The position numbers were made by a program, and so were the translations under genes. A stretch of DNA of 64,000 bases, from assembly GCA_964515905.1 (NCBI GenBank), contig CAZEWK010000097.1:23241-87240 (forward strand), in the 5' to 3' direction. This document shows, one piece after another, positions 40,515 to 51,096 of this stretch (positions within the stretch are counted from its first letter, which is position 1; every line of letters begins with the position of its first letter). Source of the stretch: an uncultured Rhodospirillaceae bacterium. GTDB taxonomy: Bacteria > Pseudomonadota > Alphaproteobacteria > UBA7887. The notes beneath the pieces were generated by a model. The model had not been told where the DNA came from. It did not search any database and saw nothing but the letters and a program-made list of their open reading frames with translations.

Positions 40515-42587
40515 TTATCGTCCTTCCGCTCGCCACGCCATAAAGACGCTGCAAAGCAGCAGGACAAGCAGTATTATTTCAGGCGCAAGAGGCGTCCGTA
40601 CTTGGCCCGTTACTTTATAACTTTCATTTGATACCAACCCCAACCACCCCAAACCTGTTTTTGGTGCAGACCGTGCTATACGGCGAACTTCAGGGATTCC
40701 CTCCTCTACAAACCATGTCAGAGATCCGGAACTACTCAAAACAACGGGCATTAGGGCCTTATCCGTTGTCCGTACATCAGACCCTTCCAGCGAGTTTAGT
40801 CCTCCAACAGCAGCGATAGCCGATAACTCACCATGTTTTATCCTATAAAGCCCTGAGCTTTTCACAGAAATATTTGTGGTAGCCCGGCCATCACCAGAGT
40901 CAACCAGTTCCATTTCGTCTACCGACCCCCGTGGACCCTGCACAGTGGCCAATCCGGTTACAGGCAACAGGCTTCTCCGAATAATACTTAATTGACCATC
41001 CTTCACTGTAGCCGAGAGCGCTTCCTCCTCAAGGTCCGGCTGTTTCATTAACCAATGAACTAGCCTTCTCAGCAACAGTTGTTGCGGACCTCCCCCCTCA
41101 AAACCACGAGCCCACAGCCAAGACTGGTCCGACAAAATCTGCGCAACCCGACCTTCTCCAATCCGATCCACCACCAAAAGAGGATTTTCATCTGGGCTCA
41201 TCATTAGAGTGTCGCCTCGAACTACAGTTGCCTCCATAAGCCGAAACCAGCGACCCCAATTTGGTTTATGGGCCGTTTCTTCTATCCCACTATCTCGATA
41301 CAAAACCGCTGTAACTGGATGACGACGGCCTACGTCAGATAAAATCGGTTGATATGGTTCCTCTAGGACTTGCCCTGTGGGCCGAGCCGGTAAAATTGCA
41401 GAAAGCGGGCTCATTGCTAGACTCAGGCTGGACGAGAAAGACGGACCAGCAATATCTAGAACCGCGCCCCCGGTCAAAACATAATCGACCAAGTTATTTA
41501 GATACGCTGTAGGTAAAATACCTCGTCGATGGTAGCGATCGAATATGACTAAATCGAATTTTTTTAAATTGGCTGCAAATAGCTCCCCGCTTGGAAAGGG
41601 AATTAATGAGAGTTCACTAACAGGTGTTAAGTCCTGCTTACTAGGTGGTCTAAGAACTGTGAAGTGTATTAAGTCTACCGCAGGGTCCGCCTTCAGCAAA
41701 TTTCTCATAGTTCTTAATCCGGTTCCTGGTTCCCCCGAAACCAACATCACTCGCAAGCGCTCCCGAACTCCATTGATTAGAGCCGTTATCCGATTATTGT
41801 CTAAGGTCAACTCCGAAGCACCCGGCTCTACTTCGACCTCAAAAGCTATAATTCCCTCACGATCTAGCATGATTTCAATTTCTGCCGTTTTGCCTACCTC
41901 GACTTCTGTTGTTGAAAGTAGTTCGCCATCAGCACTTAGTGTGACTGGCACTAATGTCCCATGAGACGATGTATCTTCTACCCTAATCAAAAGTTGGATA
42001 GTATCACCAACAATTGCATAGCTAGGAGACTTCTCAATTATCATGCGGCGGTCTTCTTCGTTTGGGCTCCCTGTCAACAAAACATGCAAGGGACCTGCAT
42101 ATTCAATCCGGTTCAAACGTTTTGGGACATCGTGGACTTGCCCATCAGTAATAAAAAACGAACCAGCAACACGATCTGGAGATATGTCTGAAAATATCCG
42201 TTCCAGCGATGCGAACATTTGTGTGCCTTTATCGCCGCTAATATCCTCCACAACAGTAGACCGGATTTCTAGATTTTTCGTTTTCCCAAGTACTGCTAGT
42301 AATTGGTCCTTGGCTGTGTTCGTCACCTCTGAACGGTTACCTATTTGCTGACTTGTTGATTGGTCTACGACGAGCCCGACTACGTCAGGCAGGTAATCTC
42401 TCTGCTCCCTCATGAGTGTCGGATTCAACAACGCCAGAAATATGACCACCACAAAAACTGCTCGCCAGAAGACCCCAGGTGACCGAACAAAGAGCGCCAA
42501 CGCAATAACTACTGCAGCCAAAATAGCCAGGCTACCCATTATTAGCCAAGGGAAAAACGGCTCGAATTCTACACCTATTCCCCCCAT
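40515..42587 (-). CDS. Membrane protein with vWA-like and glutamine-amidotransferase-like domains (MoxR operon partner)
   Basis: N-terminal TM pair, DQSTS MIDAS-like motif, ITDGQVHD, DLIHFTVLR, ELSLIPFP, WLWARGFEGGGP, C-terminal TM. Confidence 0.75.
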   Translation of the reverse strand: MGGIGVEFEPFFPWLIMGSLAILAAVVIALALFVRSPGVFWRAVFVVVIFLALLNPTLMREQRDYLPDVVGLVVDQSTSQQIGNRSEVTNTAKDQLLAVLGKTKNLEIRSTVVEDISGDKGTQMFASLERIFSDISPDRVAGSFFITDGQVHDVPKRLNRIEYAGPLHVLLTGSPNEEDRRMIIEKSPSYAIVGDTIQLLIRVEDTSSHGTLVPVTLSADGELLSTTEVEVGKTAEIEIMLDREGIIAFEVEVEPGASELTLDNNRITALINGVRERLRVMLVSGEPGTGLRTMRNLLKADPAVDLIHFTVLRPPSKQDLTPVSELSLIPFPSGELFAANLKKFDLVIFDRYHRRGILPTAYLNNLVDYVLTGGAVLDIAGPSFSSSLSLAMSPLSAILPARPTGQVLEEPYQPILSDVGRRHPVTAVLYRDSGIEETAHKPNWGRWFRLMEATVVRGDTLMMSPDENPLLVVDRIGEGRVAQILSDQSWLWARGFEGGGPQQLLLRRLVHWLMKQPDLEEEALSATVKDGQLSIIRRSLLPVTGLATVQGPRGSVDEMELVDSGDGRATTNISVKSSGLYRIKHGELSAIAAVGGLNSLEGSDVRTTDKALMPVVLSSSGSLTWFVEEGIPEVRRIARSAPKTGLGWLGLVSNESYKVTGQVRTPLAPEIILLVLLLCSVFMAWRAEGR

Positions 42588-42594
42588 TAGCGCA

Positions 42595-45423
42595 CTACTT
42601 TGGCTCCAGCAAATCAGTGCGCTTTAATCGTCGCAAGATCGTCGAAATGTGCACCTGATCTGCTTTGTAGTTTCCTGTCAACGAGTACATCATTATGTTG
42701 ACCCCAAATCTAAAAGCGAGTTCACGCTGTTTTTCCCCCCCCGGAACAACCGGGAACAATGGTTCGCCACTAGGCGACAATGCCCAAGCTCCCGCCCAAT
42801 CATTTCCACCAACAACCAAAGACGATACACCGTCGTTAACCCCTCCCTCGTATTCTTCCACCCAAACCTCTCCGTTGTCCCAACGTCCCGGAAAACGATC
42901 CATTAAATAAAACGATTGAGTAAGTGCATGTCCCTGTGAAACAACCGAAAGAGCGGGCAAATTAAGATTTTTTAGCATCTGGCGGAATAAAGCAGGAGAT
43001 TGTCTTATGTTATTTTGTGGCTGGGCGCTTCCCGTCTGATCCCTGGTATCCAGAAGGATCATTCCTCCCACTGTTAGATAATGCTCAATATTCGCAAGGC
43101 CTCTATCTGACAGCAAAGGTTGTTCATTTGTTATCGGCCAATAAATTAAAGGATATAATACTAAACTATCTTCTTCTGGATTTACACCCACGGGTAATCC
43201 AGGTTCGACAGAGGTGCGCTGCCTCAAGACCCAACTGAGACCAATGAGACCAGCACGGCTAACGGCGTCGACGCCCTTAGAACCCGTGACCACATATGCA
43301 AGATGTATGCTGCGGGTGGCCTCAACAATGCCGGGATCACTCAGGCTGCGGGGGGCACTCGAATCATTGGCCTCATCCAAACTAGTCTGAGCTAATGCTG
43401 GGTCTCCCAGAATCATGATCGCCGAAAAAAAGTACATAAAGCCCAAAACAGCCAAAGTATTTCTAACCGGGAGTAAACCCCGCATGAACATGGCTATAAT
43501 CAAATCCAGTAAGGATAACAACACCGCGATTAAAATTAGCCATGGCCGCAAATACAGTTGATTGCTCTGCTGTAAGGCCGATACCTCTATACCACTTGGA
43601 AACTCCAAAATCGGGCGCAACTCCTCAATACGGTGTCCTAAATTAAATGCTCTCCTCAATACTTCCGTTCCATACACACCAGGCGGTTGAAAGGGGTTAG
43701 GGACCCATTCGTCGATATCTTCTGCATTGATACCTAGGTTCATAGGGCCTGGAGACCGACTTCGTCCATAGCCATCCAAAACATTGAAAGGCGGCATCAC
43801 AAGATTCTCACTTCCAAATAGACCGCCTTCGCTTAATTCAACCACACGACGTAACATTTCAACGAACACGCCGGACAACGAGAGATTGGACCACTCCGCA
43901 TTGGCCGAGGTATGGAAAAGTACAAGCCAACCGGCGCCCTTTGCGATCCCGGTAACCAGCGGGGTTCCATCAATGAGCCTCGCCCAAGTTTTTGACTGAA
44001 GATCAATTGACGGCTCCGCCAACACCTGTCTTCTAATGGTGACATCTTCTGGGATTTGAATTCCAAAAAACGGTGAGTCCTCCATAAACTTTTCTAATTG
44101 AACTGGCTCCTGCCAGGACAACGCGCCACCCACTGCCCTTTCGCCCGAGTTACGAAGAGGCGTAGGAACCAACGCGTCTATACCAGCAGCTAATCGAGGT
44201 CCAGCGAATCGTACGAGGACACCACCGTCTTCGATCCACGCTGAAAGCACTTCCTGTTCCTGCGCGGGCAAGTTTCCTACGTCCGCCAACATCAAAACCG
44301 ATACATTATCTTCAATCAATTTCTCAATAGGGCCTCGCCGAATCTCATTATAAGGAGCTAAAGCGCGTTCCAAGTAATAAAGGTCTGATAATAGTGGCTG
44401 TCGGCTTTCAAATCCGCCACCTGAAATAAATCCGACCGAGCGATGGCGCCAACGAGAATCCACCAAAACTACTGACCCCGCGCCAGGACTACCTTCTATA
44501 TCCAATCGAGCAATCTCGTTGCGAATATCATTTGGCAAGATAATAGGCCTTTCCACCACTGTTTGGTTTCGCTCAAATTCCACGGGGATACGATCAATTA
44601 AATTACCTGCAACACCCGTTGCACGGATCCAAACCACAGATTTGGAAGGGTTACTACTTTTAAGAACTCGAACAAGAAAGTCTCGCCCGCCATCGCCGGG
44701 TGCCAACAGCAGCATCGCCCGCATTGGCAGCGGTTCTACGAATACATGCACTGGGCCCAGTGTCATCAAACTTTTTGAAAATCTGGCTGTCACATCTACA
44801 TTCCCCTCGTGCAAGCCATCGCTAAACCAATAAACCGCAGCTGCTTTCTCAATTCCTTGATCAGTGAACTGATCCATCAGAGATTTAAGAAGGCTGGCTC
44901 GATCCACAGGCCAGGCTTGAGGAACGAGTGTTTTGACAAAATTTTTCGCTTCTCGTGGCAGTAATAAATTACTAACTTGGCTAGTTACACGGCGACCTTG
45001 TTCAGCTCTTGGCGCGGAGAGCGCAACTATGACCTTTTTATTTTCAACCTCCGCCTGCTCAATTAACGTGATTACTGCCTGAATTTGTTTCTGCCAATTG
45101 GCTGTTCCTCCCCACCCATCATCAATGACTATAACTAGAGGCCCGTCCTGAGAAATCATTTGAGGTGGATTAATCACAGGCCCGGAAATAGCGAGGATGA
45201 TCAGCGTTGCTATTAGAATACGAAACAACAACAACCAAATAGGGGTTTTGGCCGGCGTTTGCTCTACAGACTGAACACTTAATAAGAATCTTATAGCCGG
45301 AAATTCTATAACCCGAGGTGAAGGAGGCTTTATCTTTAATAACCACCAAATTACGGGTAAAACGAGCAAAGTGCCAAGAGCCCAAGGAGCTACAAAACTT
45401 AATGCCATGAAGCTAGAGATCAT
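42595..45423 (-). CDS. BatA N-terminal double-TM / DUF4159 domain protein
   Basis: PW-x-L...PP-x-P...FPA BatA-like N-terminus, degenerate vWA (IDDGW, FSDG), C-terminal FGVNIMMYSLTGNYKADQVH. Confidence 0.8.
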   Translation of the reverse strand: MISSFMALSFVAPWALGTLLVLPVIWWLLKIKPPSPRVIEFPAIRFLLSVQSVEQTPAKTPIWLLLFRILIATLIILAISGPVINPPQMISQDGPLVIVIDDGWGGTANWQKQIQAVITLIEQAEVENKKVIVALSAPRAEQGRRVTSQVSNLLLPREAKNFVKTLVPQAWPVDRASLLKSLMDQFTDQGIEKAAAVYWFSDGLHEGNVDVTARFSKSLMTLGPVHVFVEPLPMRAMLLLAPGDGGRDFLVRVLKSSNPSKSVVWIRATGVAGNLIDRIPVEFERNQTVVERPIILPNDIRNEIARLDIEGSPGAGSVVLVDSRWRHRSVGFISGGGFESRQPLLSDLYYLERALAPYNEIRRGPIEKLIEDNVSVLMLADVGNLPAQEQEVLSAWIEDGGVLVRFAGPRLAAGIDALVPTPLRNSGERAVGGALSWQEPVQLEKFMEDSPFFGIQIPEDVTIRRQVLAEPSIDLQSKTWARLIDGTPLVTGIAKGAGWLVLFHTSANAEWSNLSLSGVFVEMLRRVVELSEGGLFGSENLVMPPFNVLDGYGRSRSPGPMNLGINAEDIDEWVPNPFQPPGVYGTEVLRRAFNLGHRIEELRPILEFPSGIEVSALQQSNQLYLRPWLILIAVLLSLLDLIIAMFMRGLLPVRNTLAVLGFMYFFSAIMILGDPALAQTSLDEANDSSAPRSLSDPGIVEATRSIHLAYVVTGSKGVDAVSRAGLIGLSWVLRQRTSVEPGLPVGVNPEEDSLVLYPLIYWPITNEQPLLSDRGLANIEHYLTVGGMILLDTRDQTGSAQPQNNIRQSPALFRQMLKNLNLPALSVVSQGHALTQSFYLMDRFPGRWDNGEVWVEEYEGGVNDGVSSLVVGGNDWAGAWALSPSGEPLFPVVPGGEKQRELAFRFGVNIMMYSLTGNYKADQVHISTILRRLKRTDLLEPK

Positions 45424-45426
45424 CTG

Positions 45427-46320
45427 TCAGTGAGCCGCTCGATCAAGTGCATTAGAAAGAACTAAATAAAGAGACGACAGCGGTATTTCTGGGTTCTCAC
45501 TGGTCCCATGTGACCGAAGTGTCCAACCCGCATGACTTGCCATCCGCGAGAGGTCGTCTTGGTGGGATTTGAACCGCTCCAAATATTGCTCTTGGATCGC
45601 CTCAACACGATTTATTGTAATTTCGCCTTCCATTTCAGAACCCACAAAATGTGCACGACCACGAAAAGGCAGCGCCTCCTCCGCCGGATCCAGGACCTGG
45701 AGGAGATGCCCTTTTAGTTGCTGACCCGAAAACCATCCAATTATCTCTTGCGTCGCGGTAAGCGGTTCCAAGAAATCACTAATGATTATTATTTGGGCAT
45801 CTCGACGCAATGTGTACTGTTTTAGCGAATCAATGTTCCTTAAGTCCGTATCTCTAACCATTATTTCAGCCAACCGAGGGAGCGCGCCAAGACCGCGGAA
45901 GGATTTCCCAATACTATTCACGACGCCTACCTGTTCCCCAGAGCGCAGGAGGAGCATAGCAAGCGCTAATGATAAGATTAGTGCCCTGACCTCCTTAGTT
46001 TCATGCTTGGTATCAGACCGAAAATCCATTGAACGGGTGCGATCACACCAGAGCCAGATAGTTTGCGAGGCCTCCCATTCCTGTTCTCTGACATACACGT
46101 GTTGTGTTTTACCCGATTGTCTCCAATCGATACTACTCACCGAATCTGTAGGCTCATATCGACGAAACTGCCAAAATGTCTCTCCTGGGCCAGGACTTCT
46201 TCGGCCGTGAACACCTTGCAAAACCGACAATGCAACTCTCTCCGCTGCAACGAGAAGCGGCGGCAACGAGACAGCTACAGACTCGGCGCGTCGTTGTATG
46301 TTTTGCGCCGATAGTTTCAT
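45427..46320 (-). CDS. DUF58 domain protein
   Basis: GVHGRR-x-x-G-x-GETFWQFR-x-Y, IDWRQS, VREQE, ISDF, DPAEE. Confidence 0.92.
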   Translation of the reverse strand: MKLSAQNIQRRAESVAVSLPPLLVAAERVALSVLQGVHGRRSPGPGETFWQFRRYEPTDSVSSIDWRQSGKTQHVYVREQEWEASQTIWLWCDRTRSMDFRSDTKHETKEVRALILSLALAMLLLRSGEQVGVVNSIGKSFRGLGALPRLAEIMVRDTDLRNIDSLKQYTLRRDAQIIIISDFLEPLTATQEIIGWFSGQQLKGHLLQVLDPAEEALPFRGRAHFVGSEMEGEITINRVEAIQEQYLERFKSHQDDLSRMASHAGWTLRSHGTSENPEIPLSSLYLVLSNALDRAAH

Positions 46321-46381
46321 TAACTAAAACCTAAAGCCATTGTTCTATATTTGTTCATTACAAAGCGTATGCTAGGGATAT

Positions 46382-47392
46382 TTAAGACAATTCCGAACAC
46401 ATCTGACTAATTACTTGGTCCAGCGTGACACCTTCCGCACGCGCGGCGAAACTTATATTCATCCGATGTCGGAGCACGGGCAGAGCTAACGCTAACACGT
46501 CATCCACTGAGGGTGAAACCCTGCCATCAAGCATGGCTCTAACTCGTGTCGCTAACATTAACGCTTGTCCTGCCCGTGGGCCTGGTCCCCAAGAGACATT
46601 TTCATTCACTATAGGTATTTCACTGCTTGTTGGTCTTCCCGAACGAATAAGTTGTAAAATTGATTCAACAATATTTGCACCAACTGGAATTGTACGAATC
46701 AAAGCTTGCGCAGAAACCAGTTCGTCTGCGCTAATAACCTGTTTAGCTGTTGCCTCCACAAATCCTGTGGTTTCAATAAGCATTTTCTTTTCATCTTCAA
46801 ATGCTGGATAGTCGATATCAATCTGCATAAGAAAACGATCAAGTTGAGCTTCCGGAAGTGGATACGTACCTTCCTGTTCAATAGGATTTTGTGTTGCGAT
46901 AACATGAAATGGCTTGGGAAGCGAGCGCGGTTTGCCCGCTACCGATACCTCACGCTCTTGCATAGCTTGCAGTAACGCGGATTGGGTTCTTGGGCTTGCT
47001 CTGTTAATTTCATCAGCCATCAAAAGTTGACAAAATGCTGGTCCTTCTATGAACCGAAAACTTCGCTTTCCGCTCTCTCCTTCCTCGAGCACTTCAGAAC
47101 CAAGTATATCAGCCGGCATTAAATCCGGTGTGAATTGCACCCTCCGTTCCGACAAGCCTAAAACTGTACCTAGAATTTCTGTCAATCGGGTCTTCGCAAG
47201 ACCAGGCACCCCAACCAGTAGAACATGGCCCCCAGATAATAAACCAATGAGAACTTGATTAAGAACCTGCTGTTGACCGAAAATCAAAGTCCCAATGTGA
47301 TTTCGAACTTTTTCCATCGTCACTAGTAACGAATCGATCTGCTGTGTGACGTCATTCTGGGTTTGTTCGGTAGCAGAGGTGATGTTCGTCAT
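46382..47392 (-). CDS. MoxR family AAA+ ATPase
   Basis: GVPGLAKT, QFTPDLMPAD, DEINR, ATQNP, AQLDRF. Confidence 0.96.
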   Translation of the reverse strand: MTNITSATEQTQNDVTQQIDSLLVTMEKVRNHIGTLIFGQQQVLNQVLIGLLSGGHVLLVGVPGLAKTRLTEILGTVLGLSERRVQFTPDLMPADILGSEVLEEGESGKRSFRFIEGPAFCQLLMADEINRASPRTQSALLQAMQEREVSVAGKPRSLPKPFHVIATQNPIEQEGTYPLPEAQLDRFLMQIDIDYPAFEDEKKMLIETTGFVEATAKQVISADELVSAQALIRTIPVGANIVESILQLIRSGRPTSSEIPIVNENVSWGPGPRAGQALMLATRVRAMLDGRVSPSVDDVLALALPVLRHRMNISFAARAEGVTLDQVISQMCSELS

Positions 47393-47423
47393 TCTGTTCC
47401 TGACCTGCGATTATGTTTAGAGT

Positions 47424-48002
47424 ATGAAAATGAAACCGACAGCCGCCACCAACTTACATGAAATACTTAAGGAGACCGTGGGATCTAAGCATTCGCAAGG
47501 GTTAAACCGAGATACCAAGGGTGAGACTAATTTTCAAATAGCGCGCGACGGCACGTGGTTTTATCATGGTTCGCCAATCCTCCGCAAATCGTTAGTGAGA
47601 TTGTTTTCTACTATCTTACAATCCGGGAATGACGGTACGTTTTGGCTAGTAACGCCGATAGAACGAGTAGAGGTGGCTGTGGAAGATGCACCGTTCATTG
47701 CTATTACAGCAAGTAAGACCGTAACAAATCGACGACAAAGTATAATTTTTGAGACCAATGTCGGCGACATCGTGGTTGCCGGACCTAATCATACTATTCA
47801 TGTTCTGGTAGATCGGAATACACAGGAACCAAGACCATATATAATGGTTCGACCGGGACTTAAAGCATTGATAACGAGATCAGTGTTTTACGATCTGGTT
47901 TCCTGGGCAGAGCAAGATCGCCAGAAAGATCAGTTAATCTTAGAAAGCGATCGAGTGCGATTTTCTCTTGGAAGTTTATCACAAGAAAGCACAGTACTAT
48001 GA
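47424..48002 (+). CDS. DUF1285 domain protein
   Basis: DGTWFYHGSPI, LVRLFSTIL, LVTP-x-E, VEDAPF, PY-x-x-VR. Confidence 0.85.
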   Translation: MKMKPTAATNLHEILKETVGSKHSQGLNRDTKGETNFQIARDGTWFYHGSPILRKSLVRLFSTILQSGNDGTFWLVTPIERVEVAVEDAPFIAITASKTVTNRRQSIIFETNVGDIVVAGPNHTIHVLVDRNTQEPRPYIMVRPGLKALITRSVFYDLVSWAEQDRQKDQLILESDRVRFSLGSLSQESTVL

Positions 48003-48604
48003 CAAAGGAACAATTACTTAGCAGCTTTTCAAAGCTCTGTAGTAATATAGATACATCCGCGGTTCTCGAAAAAGAATGCAAAAACTATTTCAAACAACCC
48101 ATTAATAGCTTAACTGAAGCAGCCGTATTGGTTCCAATTATAGACAGGCCAGATAACCTTACCGTACTTTTTACTCAGCGCAGCAAAAAACTGAGAGATC
48201 ATCCTGGGCAAGTTAGTTTTCCGGGAGGTCGCACCGAAACATTTGATAAAGGCCCTGTAGATACAGCACTGCGTGAGTCTACAGAAGAAATTGGGCTTCT
48301 GCCCAAACAGGTAGAAATCATAGGTAAACTAGATATATGTTTGACTGGAACAGGCTTTAGAGTTGTGCCAATAGTAGGCATTGTAAAACCGCCTCTGCAG
48401 TTGCAGCTCGATGAGTTCGAAGTTGCAGACGTATTTGAAATACCACTAAAACTGCTTCTTAAACCAGAACTTTATCGAATAGAAAATTTGCAGACGGATT
48501 CTGGTCCAGTTCGTGAATTTTACGCGCTCGACTACAAACAGTGGTACATCTGGGGGGCTACCGCACGAATGTTGGTCAACCTTCGGGAACTTCTCACGGA
48601 GTGA
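47999..48604 (+). CDS. Nudix CoA pyrophosphatase (NudL-like)
   Basis: AAVL, HPGQVSFPGG, Nudix box ALRESTEEIG, IWGATA. Confidence 0.93.
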   Translation: MTKEQLLSSFSKLCSNIDTSAVLEKECKNYFKQPINSLTEAAVLVPIIDRPDNLTVLFTQRSKKLRDHPGQVSFPGGRTETFDKGPVDTALRESTEEIGLLPKQVEIIGKLDICLTGTGFRVVPIVGIVKPPLQLQLDEFEVADVFEIPLKLLLKPELYRIENLQTDSGPVREFYALDYKQWYIWGATARMLVNLRELLTE

Positions 48605-48607
48605 CAT

Positions 48608-48886
48608 ATGAAAATATTTCTCACAAAGATCCTTCCTTTACTGCTCCCTTTAGCAATATATTTCTCTTGGCTGATATACGCTCGAAGAAAAGCTGCAGCA
48701 TTAGGTCAAAGTAAACCCGGGGCCAGAGATGCGCCTTGGCTCATTATTATCTCAATTGGGTTGATGGTCTTGATAGGGTCGTTGATCGCACTTGGAATTT
48801 TTACCGGCGAGGAACCCGGAGGAGTTTATGTACCGCCTCACATGGAAAACGGTGAAGTCGTTCCAGGCCGAATAGAGCGGGAATGA
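48608..48886 (+). CDS. Small membrane protein (DUF6111-like)
   Basis: Two TM helices and a C-terminal YVPP-x-MENG-x-VVPG motif; lies between the Nudix and CCA genes. Confidence 0.75.
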   Translation: MKIFLTKILPLLLPLAIYFSWLIYARRKAAALGQSKPGARDAPWLIIISIGLMVLIGSLIALGIFTGEEPGGVYVPPHMENGEVVPGRIERE

Positions 48887-50142
48887 GTCATAGACCAAAA
48901 ATATTTAAGCTGCCGATTCGATCATGGATGCAGAAAAGCAGTACCAAATCTGTAATGTCTGCCCTGCAACGCCAGGGGCATCTGGCTAGATATGTCGGTG
49001 GCTGTGTACGCGACACTTTGGCCGGACGGGATGCAATTGACAACATCGATATTGCAACTCCGGCAGCACCTCAAACTGTAATTGCCTTGCTGGAAGGCGC
49101 CGGCATACGAACAATTCCGACTGGGCTAAAACATGGTACCGTCACAGCCGTCATGAACGGCGAAATGTTCGAAATCACTACTCTTCGCAGGGACATTACA
49201 ACGGACGGACGACACGCCACGGTTGATTTCACAAACGACTGGCATGCCGACGCTACCCGCAGAGACTTCACCATAAATTGTATCTATTGTGACGAAGACG
49301 GCACTTTGTTTGACCCACTTAATGGTATTGAAGATCTTAAAGCCGGAAACATTCGGTTTGTGGGTAACGCTAATAAACGCATTAGAGAAGACTTTCTTCG
49401 GATTCTGCGGTTTTTCCGTTTTTTTTCTGACTTTGGATCAAACACGCCAAACAGGGAGGCAATCGATGCCTGCACTGAACTCTCTAGCAACTTATCCTCT
49501 CTATCGGGCGAAAGAATACGGCAAGAATTAATCAAATGGCTTGGAACAGAGTCGCCTGTTGCTTCGCTGCGTCACGCGACAAACTGTGGTGTTATCGCTA
49601 ATACCTTAAACTTCGTACCCATTAGTTCAACGTTTTCCGAAATGGAGAATCTTGTATCGATAGAAAATAAGAACGGGATTCCTGACCCTGTTCGCCGTCT
49701 TGCTCTCTTCACTCTCCATTCAACTGAAACAGAAAAAATTCTGCGCCGTCTAAGATTTCCCCGGAAAGTCCAACGACGTCTGTCTGATCTTTTAACCTTG
49801 CGTACTGAGATCGTACCGGAAGCAGGTCAACCTTTGATTCGTCAAACAATTTATTCGCAAGGGACAGAGAGAACACTCGACATTGCATTGATAAACTGGG
49901 CACAAACGAATGATCAGAACGACGTCGATTGGCAAAATTTCCTGCAGTTTATCATGCAATGGAAACCCCCTGAATTTCCGGTAGTAGGTCAAGATATCAT
50001 CAAACTTGGGATTCCAGAGGGGGAGCAACTGGGGCAGATCCTGGAAGAACTAGAAAAGTGGTGGGTTCAAGAAAACTTCGCGCATAAGCGCAGCACACTT
50101 CTAACCAAAGCGCTCAATATTATAGCCGATAAGACCTTGTAA
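48883..50142 (+). CDS. cca: CCA tRNA nucleotidyltransferase
   Basis: VGGCVRD, NIDIAT, EITTLR, RRDFTIN, EDFLRILRFFRF, ERI. Confidence 0.9.
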   Translation: MSHRPKIFKLPIRSWMQKSSTKSVMSALQRQGHLARYVGGCVRDTLAGRDAIDNIDIATPAAPQTVIALLEGAGIRTIPTGLKHGTVTAVMNGEMFEITTLRRDITTDGRHATVDFTNDWHADATRRDFTINCIYCDEDGTLFDPLNGIEDLKAGNIRFVGNANKRIREDFLRILRFFRFFSDFGSNTPNREAIDACTELSSNLSSLSGERIRQELIKWLGTESPVASLRHATNCGVIANTLNFVPISSTFSEMENLVSIENKNGIPDPVRRLALFTLHSTETEKILRRLRFPRKVQRRLSDLLTLRTEIVPEAGQPLIRQTIYSQGTERTLDIALINWAQTNDQNDVDWQNFLQFIMQWKPPEFPVVGQDIIKLGIPEGEQLGQILEELEKWWVQENFAHKRSTLLTKALNIIADKTL

Positions 50143-50160
50143 TCAGATAGTGAAGCGGTC

Positions 50161-51024
50161 CTATTGGTTATCACTCTGGTGGATAACTGACTCCTGAATT
50201 GCTTGAAGTAAGGTTAGAATTCCATCGGCCCCCCCATCGGCAATTACATGGGCAAGGTTACCCCAAGGGCCCTCCAAGGAACCAGTTGGCAGGACATTAT
50301 TTTGGTCCACTGAGCCAAGCTCTTCTCCCTTATTATTTATAACCGACCAATGCACCTCTATTAATTCACCGTCGCTTTGAGTCCGAACCATAATACTACC
50401 GAGTACAATTAACGTATTGATATCATCAACATCCTCATGAATTCGAACAGCACGCTTGATGAGCGCAGATCGCATAGCAGACGTCAGTGAAACTCTGCCA
50501 TCTCCTGGTGCCCCGTCCACAGCGGGCAAAAACACACTAGGAAGCTGCGATATTTTTGCAAACTCAGAGGAGGCTTTATCGGCAAAAAATAACGAATTAA
50601 TTCGCGCGGCCGTGTTTTCAGCTAATTTTGTAATGTTTTGTTCAGCGATTAAACTGGTGTGTTCGAAAAAGCCCACGATATTTCCGTCAGCGGCTATCAT
50701 CCTCCAGGTTAAGTGCAGTGAAGTTTCACTTTCCGAAATTAGTTCGCCAATCAAAAGATAGCTACTTTGGTTGGCAACGTCCTTACTGGCGACTATCCCC
50801 TGCGAAATCAAAGCTTTAACTAATTCTCTACTAAAATTTTCTTCAAAGAAATTACTGGCGTTATCTATGCCGCCAACGAAGATGCCAATTTTAGAATCTA
50901 AAGCCGGGGGGTTATCTTGAATCGACTTGGAAATAGGCTGAAATGGGCGTGGCATTGGTTGACACGCAATAAAAACATTGGAGACCAGGAGTCCAATAGC
51001 GACCAGTTTGAGAACAATATTCAT
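50161..51024 (-). CDS. Hypothetical lipoprotein
   Basis: Lipobox FIAC followed by QPMPRPFQP; GAPGDG motif; downstream of pgeF. Confidence 0.7.
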   Translation of the reverse strand: MNIVLKLVAIGLLVSNVFIACQPMPRPFQPISKSIQDNPPALDSKIGIFVGGIDNASNFFEENFSRELVKALISQGIVASKDVANQSSYLLIGELISESETSLHLTWRMIAADGNIVGFFEHTSLIAEQNITKLAENTAARINSLFFADKASSEFAKISQLPSVFLPAVDGAPGDGRVSLTSAMRSALIKRAVRIHEDVDDINTLIVLGSIMVRTQSDGELIEVHWSVINNKGEELGSVDQNNVLPTGSLEGPWGNLAHVIADGGADGILTLLQAIQESVIHQSDNQ

Positions 51025-51096
51025 AAAATGAGAACACAGCTCCCAATGATACCTAGTGCAAATATTAGAGCAAAAAATACTATGTATGGCATCTAA

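Noticed and set aside
42735-42742. C8 homopolymer in the DUF4159 gene (also G7 in ileS near 35212) as a phase-variation tract
   Set aside because: The tracts are short, in frame and encode ordinary PGG/GPP residues; there is no sign of slippage.
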